NCBI GenBank assembly: GCA_019057865.1
Contig: JAHLWP010000010.1
Location: 18,163 to 82,162 of the forward strand
Direction: 5' to 3'
DNA length: 64,000 nt
From: Promethearchaeota archaeon
GTDB taxonomy: Archaea > Asgardarchaeota > Lokiarchaeia > Sigyniarchaeales > SOKP01
In this document: positions 19,661 to 29,698 of the stretch, piece after piece
Position numbering within the stretch: the stretch's first letter is position 1
How the letters are laid out: every line of letters starts with the position of its first letter
Notes under the pieces: generated by a model
The model's database searches: none
Told to the model about the DNA's origin: nothing
Seen by the model: the letters and a program-made list of their open reading frames with translations, nothing else
Program-made: the position numbers and the translations under genes

Positions 19661-20584
19661 TTATTTTACTTTTTTCCGACTTTCCTCATATTTCTTTAAA
19701 TCATCAAAGATGTCTTTATCCTGTAATCCAAGTGATTGCAACAGAATCCGCAATTGGATTATAGCGTTATTTGCCTTTATTTTCTCAGCTAAGTGTAAAG
19801 CTCTTATATATTGGTTTTTGGCTTCTTTTATCTTTCCAATATAGAATAATGTTTCACCTACGTAACCTAAACCTCTAATGATTAATTCAGCATAATTGCT
19901 GTCAATAGCAATGTTTGTTCCTTTTTTGAAATACCTTATTGCCTTTAGTTTATTATCTTTTTTTCTAATAATTCCTAAATTAAAATATGAAGTTATTATT
20001 CCACGATTATCTCTAAGTTCCTTAAAAGCTTTTAAAGTTTTTTTATATAGCTCGAAAACGATATCCCATTCTTCACTTTTTTCATGAATAAAGATTAAAT
20101 TTCCTAAACAATCCAATAAATTATAAATATCATTATTATCTGAGCATATTGCGCTACAATCTAAAAATATGTCGCATGCTTCCTCCAATTTATTTAATTT
20201 AATTAAACTATTTCCAATTCCTTTCGAACATGCAATCTGTTCTTGGACCTGTTTTAATTCCTTGTAAATTTCATACGCTTTTTCATAAAATTCTAAGGAT
20301 TTTAAATAATCATTTTTTTTAAAATATAAAGTAGCTAATACTCCATAGACGGCAGCTTGTCCGAATCTATCTTTATGTTTTTTAAAATGCTTTAAACAAG
20401 TTAAATAATTGATTTCAGAATCAATATATCGCCCTAATTGTAATTGTATAAGAGCAATATCGCCCAACTCCTTCATATAATTCGAATCTTTGCCAATTCG
20501 CTCTATTTCTCTCAGATTTTCCAGTTTTTTATTTAATAAATCTTGTAAATCCTCTTTATTAAGCTCTGTTTCATTTTCAGTCAT
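19661..20584 (-). CDS. TPR repeat protein
   Basis: Repeated 'Y..A...Y..AL.I' 34-residue periodicity throughout. No other domain seen. Confidence 0.7.
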   Translation of the reverse strand: MTENETELNKEDLQDLLNKKLENLREIERIGKDSNYMKELGDIALIQLQLGRYIDSEINYLTCLKHFKKHKDRFGQAAVYGVLATLYFKKNDYLKSLEFYEKAYEIYKELKQVQEQIACSKGIGNSLIKLNKLEEACDIFLDCSAICSDNNDIYNLLDCLGNLIFIHEKSEEWDIVFELYKKTLKAFKELRDNRGIITSYFNLGIIRKKDNKLKAIRYFKKGTNIAIDSNYAELIIRGLGYVGETLFYIGKIKEAKNQYIRALHLAEKIKANNAIIQLRILLQSLGLQDKDIFDDLKKYEESRKKVK

Positions 20585-20838
20585 AGAAATTCTTTATAAA
20601 TTGTAATTCCTTTTTTTAATTTCCTCATAATATTTCTTCTAAAACTTCTGCTGCGTTCTTCACATACTGGAGACATTTTTTTTCAAAAAATTCATTTTGA
20701 TTGTAATAGTTTTTACCTTCTTCTTCTTCGACTATTTCGGAAATTATAATCTAAATCTATAAGAAATATAAAATTTCTTATCTATTATATATTTAGAGAT
20801 ACAAATACAAAAAAATTAATCTAAATAAGGTTGTTTTC

Positions 20839-21930
20839 TTGAAATTTAAAGCAAGATTATATGAATCCCTTGATGATAAGAAAGTTAAATGCCATGTATG
20901 TGCAAATGAATGTATTATAATGCCAGAGAAAGTTGGGATTTGTAGGACTCGAAAAAATTTTGATGGAAAATTATATACTTTAATTTATGGCTCAATGATC
21001 TCTTCTGGAAGTTTAGATCCAATTGAAAAGAAACCACTTTATAATTTCTGGCCTGGGGCAACAGCATACTCGATTGCATCAATAGGGTGTTCATTTAAAT
21101 GCCAGAACTGCCAGAACTGGTCTATCTCACAGGCGAACCCAACAGACAATGGAAAAAATGGTTTTTACGATTTAGAAGGATATAAGAATCGTGGGATGTC
21201 CTTAGTCGAAATGACTCCTGAACAACTTGAAAAACGAGTTGTAAAAAGCGGAGCAAAAACTCTAGCTTATACTTATAATGAACCATTAATATGGCATGAA
21301 TGGATTATGGATACTGTTCCACTACTTAAACAACATGAAATTAAAACTCTATTGGTAACTAATGGATACTCTACTCCTGAAGCCTCAAAAGAATTGATTG
21401 AGGTAGGAATTGATGCTGCAAATATTGACATAAAGGCTATGTCAGATGATTTTTATAAAAAAATATGTGGAGTAAAATCAGTACAACCTGTTTTAGATAC
21501 TGCTAAAAGATTCAAAGACAATGACATTCATGTAGAAGTTACTAATCTAATAATCCCTGAATTAAATGATAGTAGAGAAGATATTAAAAAATTATGCGAA
21601 TGGATAGTTAAGAATTTGGGAAAGAATACTCCTTTACATTTTTCAGCATATCATCCAGATTTTAGAATGCCCTCTAAGAAACGAACTCCTTATGAAACTT
21701 TAGATATGGCTTATAAAATCGCAAAAGATGTGGGATTATTCTTTCCTTACGTTGGAAATATAAGACATGACGACGGTAGTAACACTTATTGTCCTAATTG
21801 TGGTTATTTATTGTTAGGTCGTTCTGGATATATGTTTACAAAAATCGATGTTAATGAAAATAATACATGCCCTAATTGTGGATATAACTTACTTAATGAT
21901 ATTATTGGAGAAATAAATAAAAAACCATAA
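20839..21930 (+). CDS. amrS: AmmeMemoRadiSam-system radical SAM enzyme (PflA-like activase family)
   Basis: N-terminal 'KVKCHVCANECII..EKVGICRTRKN.DGKLYTLIYG' Cys cluster. Radical-SAM 'CSFKCQNCQNW' (CxxxCxxC) and a C-terminal CPNCG..CPNCG zinc ribbon. TTG start. Confidence 0.8.
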   Translation: MKFKARLYESLDDKKVKCHVCANECIIMPEKVGICRTRKNFDGKLYTLIYGSMISSGSLDPIEKKPLYNFWPGATAYSIASIGCSFKCQNCQNWSISQANPTDNGKNGFYDLEGYKNRGMSLVEMTPEQLEKRVVKSGAKTLAYTYNEPLIWHEWIMDTVPLLKQHEIKTLLVTNGYSTPEASKELIEVGIDAANIDIKAMSDDFYKKICGVKSVQPVLDTAKRFKDNDIHVEVTNLIIPELNDSREDIKKLCEWIVKNLGKNTPLHFSAYHPDFRMPSKKRTPYETLDMAYKIAKDVGLFFPYVGNIRHDDGSNTYCPNCGYLLLGRSGYMFTKIDVNENNTCPNCGYNLLNDIIGEINKKP

Positions 21931-22000
21931 AAGTATGCAAGGGTAACTTGTAGACTTATATAATTACTTTAAATATAAAAATAAAAAAATTAATTTAGAA

Positions 22001-22672
22001 TTAAAATACTCCAGAAATTGAAACGCCGAAAACTAATAATAGAAATGCTTGTAAAAAACAGAAAGCAGCAACAATTACAGCGAGAGGAGGCCAAGAAAGG
22101 GCTTTTGAAACAGCCATAAATCCAGAAGTATAAAATTTTATGATAAGAGCGATTATTGCGAATATAATTATGAACACAATGAATAAGAACAATCGAAAGT
22201 TTATAAAAGCGCCAATAACTTGTTCAACCTCAGGTGGGAGTACAAGTGTAATAATTATTAAAACAGCTGAAGCAGCAACAAGACCAAATAAACTAGCAAG
22301 TGGAAGATCATTTCCAGGTTTCACAAATGCTAAAATTCCTAAAACGATTAACATTATTGCTGTGAAAATATTAACTGCATTTTCAGTTACATCTTCGTAT
22401 CTATTAGTTGGTGGGCGATCAAACATCAGTTCTGCAGCTCCTGTCAAAATGGTAAATAATCCAACAAGAAAGCCCAAATAGGTTAAACCCTTGAGGAACT
22501 TAGTTATATCAAAATCCCATTCCTCCGACTTTCTTGTCTTAAATGAGCCTCTTCTTTTAGTTTCATATGCAACGTAAATTGACCAAATTATCCCCAGAAT
22601 CAGCATAAATAAACCTCCAAATTCTGCAAGAGGTTTCAAAAAATCATCTGTAAAATCCCAATTAAAAATCAA
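22001..22672 (-). CDS. polytopic membrane protein, unknown function
   Basis: Six hydrophobic helices. No motif recognised. Confidence 0.55.
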   Translation of the reverse strand: MIFNWDFTDDFLKPLAEFGGLFMLILGIIWSIYVAYETKRRGSFKTRKSEEWDFDITKFLKGLTYLGFLVGLFTILTGAAELMFDRPPTNRYEDVTENAVNIFTAIMLIVLGILAFVKPGNDLPLASLFGLVAASAVLIIITLVLPPEVEQVIGAFINFRLFLFIVFIIIFAIIALIIKFYTSGFMAVSKALSWPPLAVIVAAFCFLQAFLLLVFGVSISGVF

Positions 22673-22785
22673 TTTATTTCACACTTTAATTTAATTTTGG
22701 ATAAATTATTATAATGAATATATAAAACATAATTTAATAAAAATATGTAGTCCAATATTTCAAAAATAAAAAAGAAAGTGAATTA

Positions 22786-24477
22786 TTAGATAAAAGAAAC
22801 TGTTTTTTTAACATAATCCACATAAGTATTGATTTCTTGCGTTTTCCTTTCTTCATTCCAATTATATTCTTTTGCCATAAGGTCGGCAACTTTTTTAGCA
22901 GCTTCAAAAGCTCTTTTATGACTAATCCAGAGAGACATTTCAGTTCTTCGGCAAAAAATATCAATCAAATGTTGAGTTAATTCATATCTAAGGCAATAGA
23001 TAATCTCTGCTTTAATAAAATCATTTTCTTTCATGATTCTTTCCTTAAAAGACTCATCTTCTTTTATAATTTCAAGAATTTGCAAGGCACCTCTACCATA
23101 TTGTTGATATAAATGGGCACTAATATCATTATCTAATTTTATGCCTGAATTCTTTAATTCTTTAAGCCATCGTTCTTCATCAATGCTAACTAAAAATTTC
23201 TGTTTAGAATAACCATCTTCTCTTTTTATATTTGGAAAAAAGTTTCTTTCCTCAACTTTCTTGAATAAATCTTCAGCCATGTTTCGCCATGCTGTTAACT
23301 TTCCTCCAGTTATAGTCAATAATCCATCATCAGAGAAAAATATTATATGCTTTCGAGAAACTTCACTTTCAGATTTTCCTTTTTGCATAACTAAAGGTCT
23401 TATTCCAGCATAAGTAGAAAGAATATTATTATAATCTAATTCTGCATTTGGAAAATAATGTTTAACTGAAGTGATTAAATAATCAGCATCATCTTTATTA
23501 CAAAAAGGATTTGCTAAATTGTCTTTATAATCTGTATCTGTAGTTCCTATAATAGTATAATTCTTATTACGTGGTAATACAAAAAATGCTCTATCATCAG
23601 CAATTGATCGGATAATAGTAGCCATATTATTTTTAACATGTTCACGCTTAAATTGTAAATGAACTCCTTTAGTCGGTCTAATTAATGGCTTTGGGATCTC
23701 TTCGGGGTAACTTTCTAACAATTCATCTGTCCATACTCCTGTTGCGTTCACAATTAATGTTCCTTTCATTTCAAATTCACCATCATTTTCCAGATCTTTA
23801 CATTTAACACCAGATATTTTTCCATTATCTTTCATGTATCCGGTAGCTTTACAATAGTTAATTATATCCGCTCCCCTCACAACAGCTTCCTTAAGAATCT
23901 CGATTGTTAATCTCGCGTCATCTACATTATTATCATAATATACTGCTCCACCTTTATTACCTTCTCGTATAAATTCAGGTTCCATTTCAAAGATTTCTTC
24001 TGGTTTATACCATTTATGTTTTTTGTATGTTTTAAATTCTGATTCATTATCACTCAAAAAATCATAAATTTTACAAGCACCTACAATGTCCCGCTTTTTA
24101 TATTTCCCCCCTTCTAATTCAACGAAAAGGAAAGGGATTGGTCTTACTAAATGAGGTAAATGTGCTAACATCCAATTTCTCTCAGTAGTAGATTCTTTTA
24201 CTAAATCCATTTCTCCATGACCAAGATATCTTATTCCTCCATGTGCTAATTTTGAACTTCTTGATGAGGTTCCAGTAGCAAAATCTTGCATATCTACGCA
24301 CGCAATTTTTAAATCTCTCAATGCAGCTTCCCTTGCAACCCCTGCCCCTGTAATACCTGCTCCTATGACAATAATATCATATTTTTTTTCTTGTAATCTC
24401 TTTATTATCCTATCTCGATTTTTATAATTCCATCCAAGATCGAATATTTTCTCTTCTAATTTAGTCATTTTTATCAA
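22786..24477 (-). CDS. FAD-dependent glycerol-3-phosphate dehydrogenase (GlpA/GlpD type)
   Basis: 'YDIIVIGAGITGAGVAREAALR' dinucleotide fold, 'GTSSRSSKLAHGGIRYL' GlpD signature, and a C-terminal alpha-helical GlpD-type domain. Confidence 0.8.
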   Translation of the reverse strand: MIKMTKLEEKIFDLGWNYKNRDRIIKRLQEKKYDIIVIGAGITGAGVAREAALRDLKIACVDMQDFATGTSSRSSKLAHGGIRYLGHGEMDLVKESTTERNWMLAHLPHLVRPIPFLFVELEGGKYKKRDIVGACKIYDFLSDNESEFKTYKKHKWYKPEEIFEMEPEFIREGNKGGAVYYDNNVDDARLTIEILKEAVVRGADIINYCKATGYMKDNGKISGVKCKDLENDGEFEMKGTLIVNATGVWTDELLESYPEEIPKPLIRPTKGVHLQFKREHVKNNMATIIRSIADDRAFFVLPRNKNYTIIGTTDTDYKDNLANPFCNKDDADYLITSVKHYFPNAELDYNNILSTYAGIRPLVMQKGKSESEVSRKHIIFFSDDGLLTITGGKLTAWRNMAEDLFKKVEERNFFPNIKREDGYSKQKFLVSIDEERWLKELKNSGIKLDNDISAHLYQQYGRGALQILEIIKEDESFKERIMKENDFIKAEIIYCLRYELTQHLIDIFCRRTEMSLWISHKRAFEAAKKVADLMAKEYNWNEERKTQEINTYVDYVKKTVSFI

Positions 24478-24547
24478 AAATTAGTGAGATTAATTTAAAT
24501 TAATTAATTAATAATATACTTAATAGTTTAATCTTAAGAGCTTATCT

Positions 24548-25210
24548 TTATTTCTTTTTAAATACATATACTGTAGAATGTTCAATGCCGAATTCTTTGG
24601 ATGTTAATGTTTCTCTATAAAATTTAAGAAGCTCTATACCCATATTTAAGAACATTTTAAGAACTTCCTTTTTAGAATAAGCTCTAGAATACATATTTTC
24701 ACCCATAATTTCAACAAATACTTCTTTATCAACATCAGCACCCTCTTCCCATGGCTCGTTTAGAGATAAATAAAAAAAACCACCCTTTTTTAGGGAGCGT
24801 ACAATTCTTTTCGCAATATCCTCAAATAAGGGAGGATCGAGCAAGAGCATAGTATAGGAAGAAAAAACACCATCGAACATATTCTTGAACTCTATTTCGG
24901 TCATTGATAATTCTACAAATTCTGCTTGAGGTACATACTTTCGAGCGAGTTCTACCATTCGAGGTGAAATATCAATACCTAAAACATTAAATCCTCTTTC
25001 TACTAATAATTTTGCATATGGTTTACCAGTACCGGATCCAAGATCTAAAATATAAGCTCCTTTTGGTAAATTTTCATAAAAATAATAAAATAATGGATTA
25101 ATATTTACATAATTAACTTCATCATACTTATCTGCAACACGTGTCCATGCTTGTTTATTCAGTGATATAATGTCAACTTTTTTATTCATATTAAGCCCGT
25201 CAGAATGCAA
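24548..25210 (-). CDS. class I SAM-dependent methyltransferase
   Basis: Motif I 'ILDLGSGTGKP', post-I 'GIDISP', and motif II/III spacing. Confidence 0.75.
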   Translation of the reverse strand: MHSDGLNMNKKVDIISLNKQAWTRVADKYDEVNYVNINPLFYYFYENLPKGAYILDLGSGTGKPYAKLLVERGFNVLGIDISPRMVELARKYVPQAEFVELSMTEIEFKNMFDGVFSSYTMLLLDPPLFEDIAKRIVRSLKKGGFFYLSLNEPWEEGADVDKEVFVEIMGENMYSRAYSKKEVLKMFLNMGIELLKFYRETLTSKEFGIEHSTVYVFKKK

Positions 25211-25232
25211 ATCACTTGAATAAAATTAATAT

Positions 25233-26204
25233 TCATTCTTTATATAATAATTTTTTGAGAATTAGTGGCATTGAGTAGATATCGTAATAATTGTGCTCAA
25301 TTATTTCTTTTATTAACCCTATATATCGACTTGGATTTTTCTGATATCTTTTATAGCATATACCTACTAGACTGCTGGGTAATTCATTTTCTCTTTTCCA
25401 ATTTAGTAAATTCTTTTCCATGTTTGTAAGAGTATAGCTATTGAATTTGCCTTTTAACCTCCTACGACAATTGTGATATAAATCTATATGATGATATTTA
25501 GTATTATTAATCTCATACGGTTCATCATTTTCCGAAATCATGGGATTTTCATCAAAATAATATAAAAAGCGATTTGCGACATACGGAATATCAAAAGTCT
25601 TCCCATTATAAGTAACAAAACATTTAAAATTCGGTAAAATCTCATTTCTTAGATGTTCACATATAGCAATTTCTTCCTCTAAATCTCTTGCAAAATGAAT
25701 ATGGATTTCAAATTTATTATTATTATAATATCCCAAACCAACTATAATCATTGGACTATCATATAAACCTAAAGTTTCAATATCTAAAAAGAGGAAATCT
25801 TCAATTTTAAAGCAAAAACTCAGGTCTAAGTCGTCTATATATCGATTTTTTTTAAGAGTTTTATGATCTTTATTTCTAATTAATCTTAAGATCTGGTTTG
25901 CTGAATTTTGATATCTTAAATTAATTTTTAAGTCATTAAGAGTTTGGACTCCCCTTCGCTTTAATTTTTTCTCAACTTTTTCTCCAATATAATGCACAGT
26001 TTTAAGATTTTGTATGATTTTTTTCTTAGCTATCAATAAACCTAAATCCTCGGGGAAATCTTTTTCTTCCCAAATTATCTCTATGAATTCACCCATTTCA
26101 TTTTTTATAACTTGAGAATTTTCAAAAATTTCCTCTAAATTTTTACCTACGTATTGTTCTAATAATGGAGAAATATTGAAACTTGCGAAATTATAATTAT
26201 CCAT
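25233..26204 (-). CDS. RNase H-like / DEDD-type exonuclease domain protein (YprB-like) with N-terminal HhH-like segment
   Basis: 'FLFLDIETLGL' ExoI-like motif, 'YNGKTFDIPYV' ExoII-like motif, and 'YYDIYS' near the C-terminus. The assignment is pattern-level only. Confidence 0.5.
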   Translation of the reverse strand: MDNYNFASFNISPLLEQYVGKNLEEIFENSQVIKNEMGEFIEIIWEEKDFPEDLGLLIAKKKIIQNLKTVHYIGEKVEKKLKRRGVQTLNDLKINLRYQNSANQILRLIRNKDHKTLKKNRYIDDLDLSFCFKIEDFLFLDIETLGLYDSPMIIVGLGYYNNNKFEIHIHFARDLEEEIAICEHLRNEILPNFKCFVTYNGKTFDIPYVANRFLYYFDENPMISENDEPYEINNTKYHHIDLYHNCRRRLKGKFNSYTLTNMEKNLLNWKRENELPSSLVGICYKRYQKNPSRYIGLIKEIIEHNYYDIYSMPLILKKLLYKE

Positions 26205-26391
26205 TATCTATTCTAAAATAAGACACTTTATTTAATAATGCATTCTCTGAAAGTTTATTATATAATTAAATAAATTTAATGATCAAAAGCTAAATCTAGC
26301 CCTGAGATCCAGTTTAAGAGAAAAAATTAGAAATTAAGGAATATCTGGGAGTTCTTTCTCCAAGATTTAAGGATATGTTCTCTTTAGACTA

Positions 26392-27699
26392 TTACTTCTT
26401 AAAAAACTTTCGAGATTCCGAATCTCCTAAAATGTAATGACTTCCTCCACCATGTATCATACAATAAGCATCGAGAAGCCCAATTTGATTACAGTATTGT
26501 TCTGTATATCCCCGACCACCCATAGTTCTAAATAAATCAAGAGAAGTTTGAAATGCTAATTCACAAGTTTCAATTTTCAACCCCATTACCTGAGAAGCCA
26601 TTATTTTTGACCTTTCTAATTGTTGTTTCTTGTCAATTTCTCGAGCATAACTCATTAATGCTGAAAGATATATATTTACTTCACGCATATTCTTAGTAAT
26701 TGGAAATCTAATTATTTGATATTGATGTAATTTTCGTTGAAATTGTTCCCGCTGAATAGCAAAACTATGAGCATAAAATAATTTTTTAATACTATCTCCC
26801 AATGCTTCAGCACTAATTACTAATCTTTCTTCAGTTAATTGATGAAACATAATATCCAATCCATCTCCTCCAAGAAGGTTTGCTTTAGGGAGTTCAGCAT
26901 CATCAAATACTAAGCGACTGACAAATGCATCTCTCATCCCATAAGTAATTACCCGTGATGATTCAAAATTTTTCAATTGTTGATTTTCTGTATCTACAAT
27001 AATTGCTCCTAATCTTCCATTATCTAATCTACCATATAAACAAATATAATCTGCTAACATTCCATTTGTTATAAAAAGCTTCTTGCCATTTGCAATTATT
27101 TTATTACCTCTTTCTTCGAGTCTTAGTTCAATTCTAAAAACATCACTACCTGCAATAAATTCTGTCATAGCTGAAGCTGCCATTGCACCAGATTTAACAA
27201 CAGGATTCAAAAATTTATTTCTCTGATAATCATTAGCTTTATAATTCACTGGATTGCAATAAAGAGTTCCCCCTGCTAATCTACCCATTTCAATACTCCA
27301 ATTACCACCAATATACTTCTCACTATTTCTTGACCAAAAACCTCCACATAGGGCTAATGCTATAAGAGCATTTCGAGAAACGTTACCAATGTCATAATCT
27401 TCTGAATCAAAAATTGTACTGTAATAACTTTTTTCTGCTAATTTTTTCATAACATTAACGACAATTTCCCGTTTCTTCTCTTGTATCGGTTCTTCTGCCA
27501 AATAATTTAGTTCTTCTAAGGTCTTCAGGTCTGTTTCAAGATTTTCTTCCATGAAGTCATAAAATTCGGATAAAAATTCTTTCTCTTTAGCTGTAAATAT
27601 TGGGTTATTTAATAAGTCTAATTCAGTAATGTATCCGTTAATTTCAAGTTCCGGAAATTCTGGGAGTCTAGTATCCATAATAAATAAGACAATCTTCAT
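26392..27699 (-). CDS. acyl-CoA dehydrogenase family protein with ~90-aa N-terminal extension
   Basis: 'AMTEFIAGSDVF', 'NGKKLFITNG..ADY' middle domain, 'LTEERLV' (IVD-type catalytic Glu position), and C-terminal 'GGRGYT...LLDA'. Confidence 0.75.
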   Translation of the reverse strand: MKIVLFIMDTRLPEFPELEINGYITELDLLNNPIFTAKEKEFLSEFYDFMEENLETDLKTLEELNYLAEEPIQEKKREIVVNVMKKLAEKSYYSTIFDSEDYDIGNVSRNALIALALCGGFWSRNSEKYIGGNWSIEMGRLAGGTLYCNPVNYKANDYQRNKFLNPVVKSGAMAASAMTEFIAGSDVFRIELRLEERGNKIIANGKKLFITNGMLADYICLYGRLDNGRLGAIIVDTENQQLKNFESSRVITYGMRDAFVSRLVFDDAELPKANLLGGDGLDIMFHQLTEERLVISAEALGDSIKKLFYAHSFAIQREQFQRKLHQYQIIRFPITKNMREVNIYLSALMSYAREIDKKQQLERSKIMASQVMGLKIETCELAFQTSLDLFRTMGGRGYTEQYCNQIGLLDAYCMIHGGGSHYILGDSESRKFFKK

Positions 27700-27732
27700 A
27701 AGATTTTAAATTTTTTTTTTGGAGAGTAGGAT

Positions 27733-28119
27733 TTATTTCCCATCTGAATACCTTTCGCTATATTCACTCCAACGACCTCCACAAAGAGCATAAGCTATAA
27801 GTGCATTTCTTGTAATTCTTCCAATTTTATAATCCTTTTTATTTAGTATGGTTGAATAAAATTCCTTTTCAGCTAGTTTACTCATAATCCTAACAACAAT
27901 TTCTTTCTTCTTCTCTTGATTTGGCTCTCCTACTAAATAATTTAACTCTTCTAATTTTCGTAATTCAATATTAAGTTCATTTTCCATAAAAATTTATAAT
28001 TCTGCTAATAATTTCTTCTCCTTAGCGTTAAGGATAGAATTGTTCAATAAATCTAATTCTGGAACATATCACTGTATACGAATAGCTTCAAATTCACTTA
28101 TTCTTGTGTCTATAATAAT
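27733..28119 (-). pseudogene. decayed tandem duplicate of the 5' ~480 nt of the adjacent acyl-CoA dehydrogenase gene
   Basis: One reading frame gives IIDTRISEFEAIRIQ*YVPELDLLNNSILNAKEKKLLAEL*IFMENELNIELRKLEELNYLVGEPNQEKKKEIVV...ALCGGRWSEYSERYSDGK*. It is collinear with residues ~7-160 of 26392..27699, has two in-frame stops, and then ends. Confidence 0.7.
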
Positions 28120-28272
28120 TTAATCAATATTTATAATTTGAAAATTTTGTTCATTTGGTTAAATATAAGTTTAAAGGTAAAAAAACTTTATAACCTAAAT
28201 ATCTATCAAAAAAATATAATTAAATCTAAAAAACAAATTTCTAATTTTTAAAAAAAAGATAGTGAAAATATT

Positions 28273-29694
28273 ATGATAAAATTTAGTGATAAGCAATTAA
28301 AAATCCCTAAATTAATGCGACCAGTTTATTTAGTTACAGCTGGAATGTCGAAGTTTGATCGTGCATTCCCAGAGACCCGAACAGAGGAACTTTGTATTGA
28401 TGCCCTTACTGCTGCTGCTGAATTTGTAAACATGACACCGACTGAACTCAAAAAGTTTATTCATACATGCTATTATGGACATTTCGCTGATCATTTTGGA
28501 GATCAGTTACTAGGAGAGGCTGTTATTCATGATAGGCTTGGATTGGATCCATTGGGAAATATTGGTGTAAAAACAGGAGGTGCAACAGGAGGTTCAGCTA
28601 TGTGGGAAGCTGTAAAAGCTGTAGCTTCAGGCTATAGCGATTGTGCGCTTGCACTCGGATGGGAGAGGATGGATGAAGTACCAACGGATGAGGGAAACCA
28701 TCTTATATCATGTGCTGCAGATAAAGATTGGGAAACACCATTAGGTCATATATATACGGGTTATTATGCAGTTATGGCACAAAGATATTGGAAGGTCTTC
28801 GGAAAGGAAGAACCGTCATTTCGAGACACAATGGCAGAAATTGCTGTAAAAAATAGAGGATATGCAAGAATGAATCCTCATGCTCAAGGACCAATGAAGA
28901 TCACCATTGAAGATGTTAAGAACTCTCCTATCGTTGCCTATCCTCTTCGTGCTTTAGATTGTTGCTTAATGAGTGTAGGAGCAGCATGTGGAATTGTGTG
29001 TGATGAAAAAACCGCATATGAGATAACAGATAAACCACTTAGGATCTATATAGCAGCAGGAAGTCATACATTACGAGTAGCCGATCGAAGAGATATGAAA
29101 ATACCTCTTTTACCAAATGAAAAACCAGGTTTATATGATGATTTAGGAAAACGATTTTCTGGAGGAGATAGATATCCTGGGTTCGCTAGTTTCTTAGCTG
29201 CTAGGATGTCCGCATACTATGCATATCATATGTCAGGGGTAAATGATCCTTCCGAAGATTTAGATTTAGTTGAACTACACGATGCTTTCACAATTAGTGA
29301 TATACAGACTTATGAAGATATAGGGATTCGACCATATGGTGAAGGAAGAGATTATATAGAATCGGGTGACGCTTATGTTATAAATCCAATTACCAAAAAA
29401 CCCGGTAAATTACCAAGTAATCCTTCTGGTGGATTGATAGGGTGCATGCATGCAGTAGGTGCAACAGGTCTAATGCAAATTGCCGAAATTGGCTATCATA
29501 TTTGGAACCGATGGGATGAGATCCACGAACCAGAAGAAAAATGGAAAAAATTTGATCGAGAAAAACTAAAAGATTGGACAAGTTTGCAAGTTAAGGGAGC
29601 AAAAAGAGGATTAGCTATTTCACACGCAGGTGTTGGTTCTCATGTAACATGTACTATTTTAATGAATCCAAATAATTTATTAAAGGAGGATTAG
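28273..29694 (+). CDS. SCPx-type thiolase-fold protein lacking both catalytic cysteines
   Basis: 'VKTGGATGGSAMWEAVKAVASGYSDCALALGWERM' aligns to the SCPx nucleophile loop with Gly at the Cys position. It has 'ELHDAF' instead of HDCF and 'NPSGGLIGCMHAVGATG' at the C-terminus. Confidence 0.8.
   Translation: MIKFSDKQLKIPKLMRPVYLVTAGMSKFDRAFPETRTEELCIDALTAAAEFVNMTPTELKKFIHTCYYGHFADHFGDQLLGEAVIHDRLGLDPLGNIGVKTGGATGGSAMWEAVKAVASGYSDCALALGWERMDEVPTDEGNHLISCAADKDWETPLGHIYTGYYAVMAQRYWKVFGKEEPSFRDTMAEIAVKNRGYARMNPHAQGPMKITIEDVKNSPIVAYPLRALDCCLMSVGAACGIVCDEKTAYEITDKPLRIYIAAGSHTLRVADRRDMKIPLLPNEKPGLYDDLGKRFSGGDRYPGFASFLAARMSAYYAYHMSGVNDPSEDLDLVELHDAFTISDIQTYEDIGIRPYGEGRDYIESGDAYVINPITKKPGKLPSNPSGGLIGCMHAVGATGLMQIAEIGYHIWNRWDEIHEPEEKWKKFDREKLKDWTSLQVKGAKRGLAISHAGVGSHVTCTILMNPNNLLKED
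29684..29690 (+). promoter_or_regulatory. Shine-Dalgarno-like AGGAGGA upstream of the 29699 ATG
   Basis: AGGAGGA lies inside the last codons of the upstream gene, 8 nt before the ATG. Confidence 0.5.
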
Positions 29695-29698
29695 AAAA

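Noticed and set aside
20585-20838. Short minus-strand reading frames upstream of the TPR gene, including a 31-codon ORF ending in an ATGA overlap with the TPR start.
   Set aside because: There is no reliable start for the longer frame, and the 31-aa ORF has no features. This could be leader sequence or a decayed TPR fragment, and the support is insufficient.
26392-26520. The acyl-CoA dehydrogenase appears to lack the MCAD-type catalytic Glu ('IHGGGS' where MCAD has 'IYEGTS').
   Set aside because: A Glu is present at the alternative IVD/LCAD-type position ('LTEERLV' versus IVD 'LDLERLV'). The enzyme is therefore probably active with the other known base placement, and this is not an anomaly.
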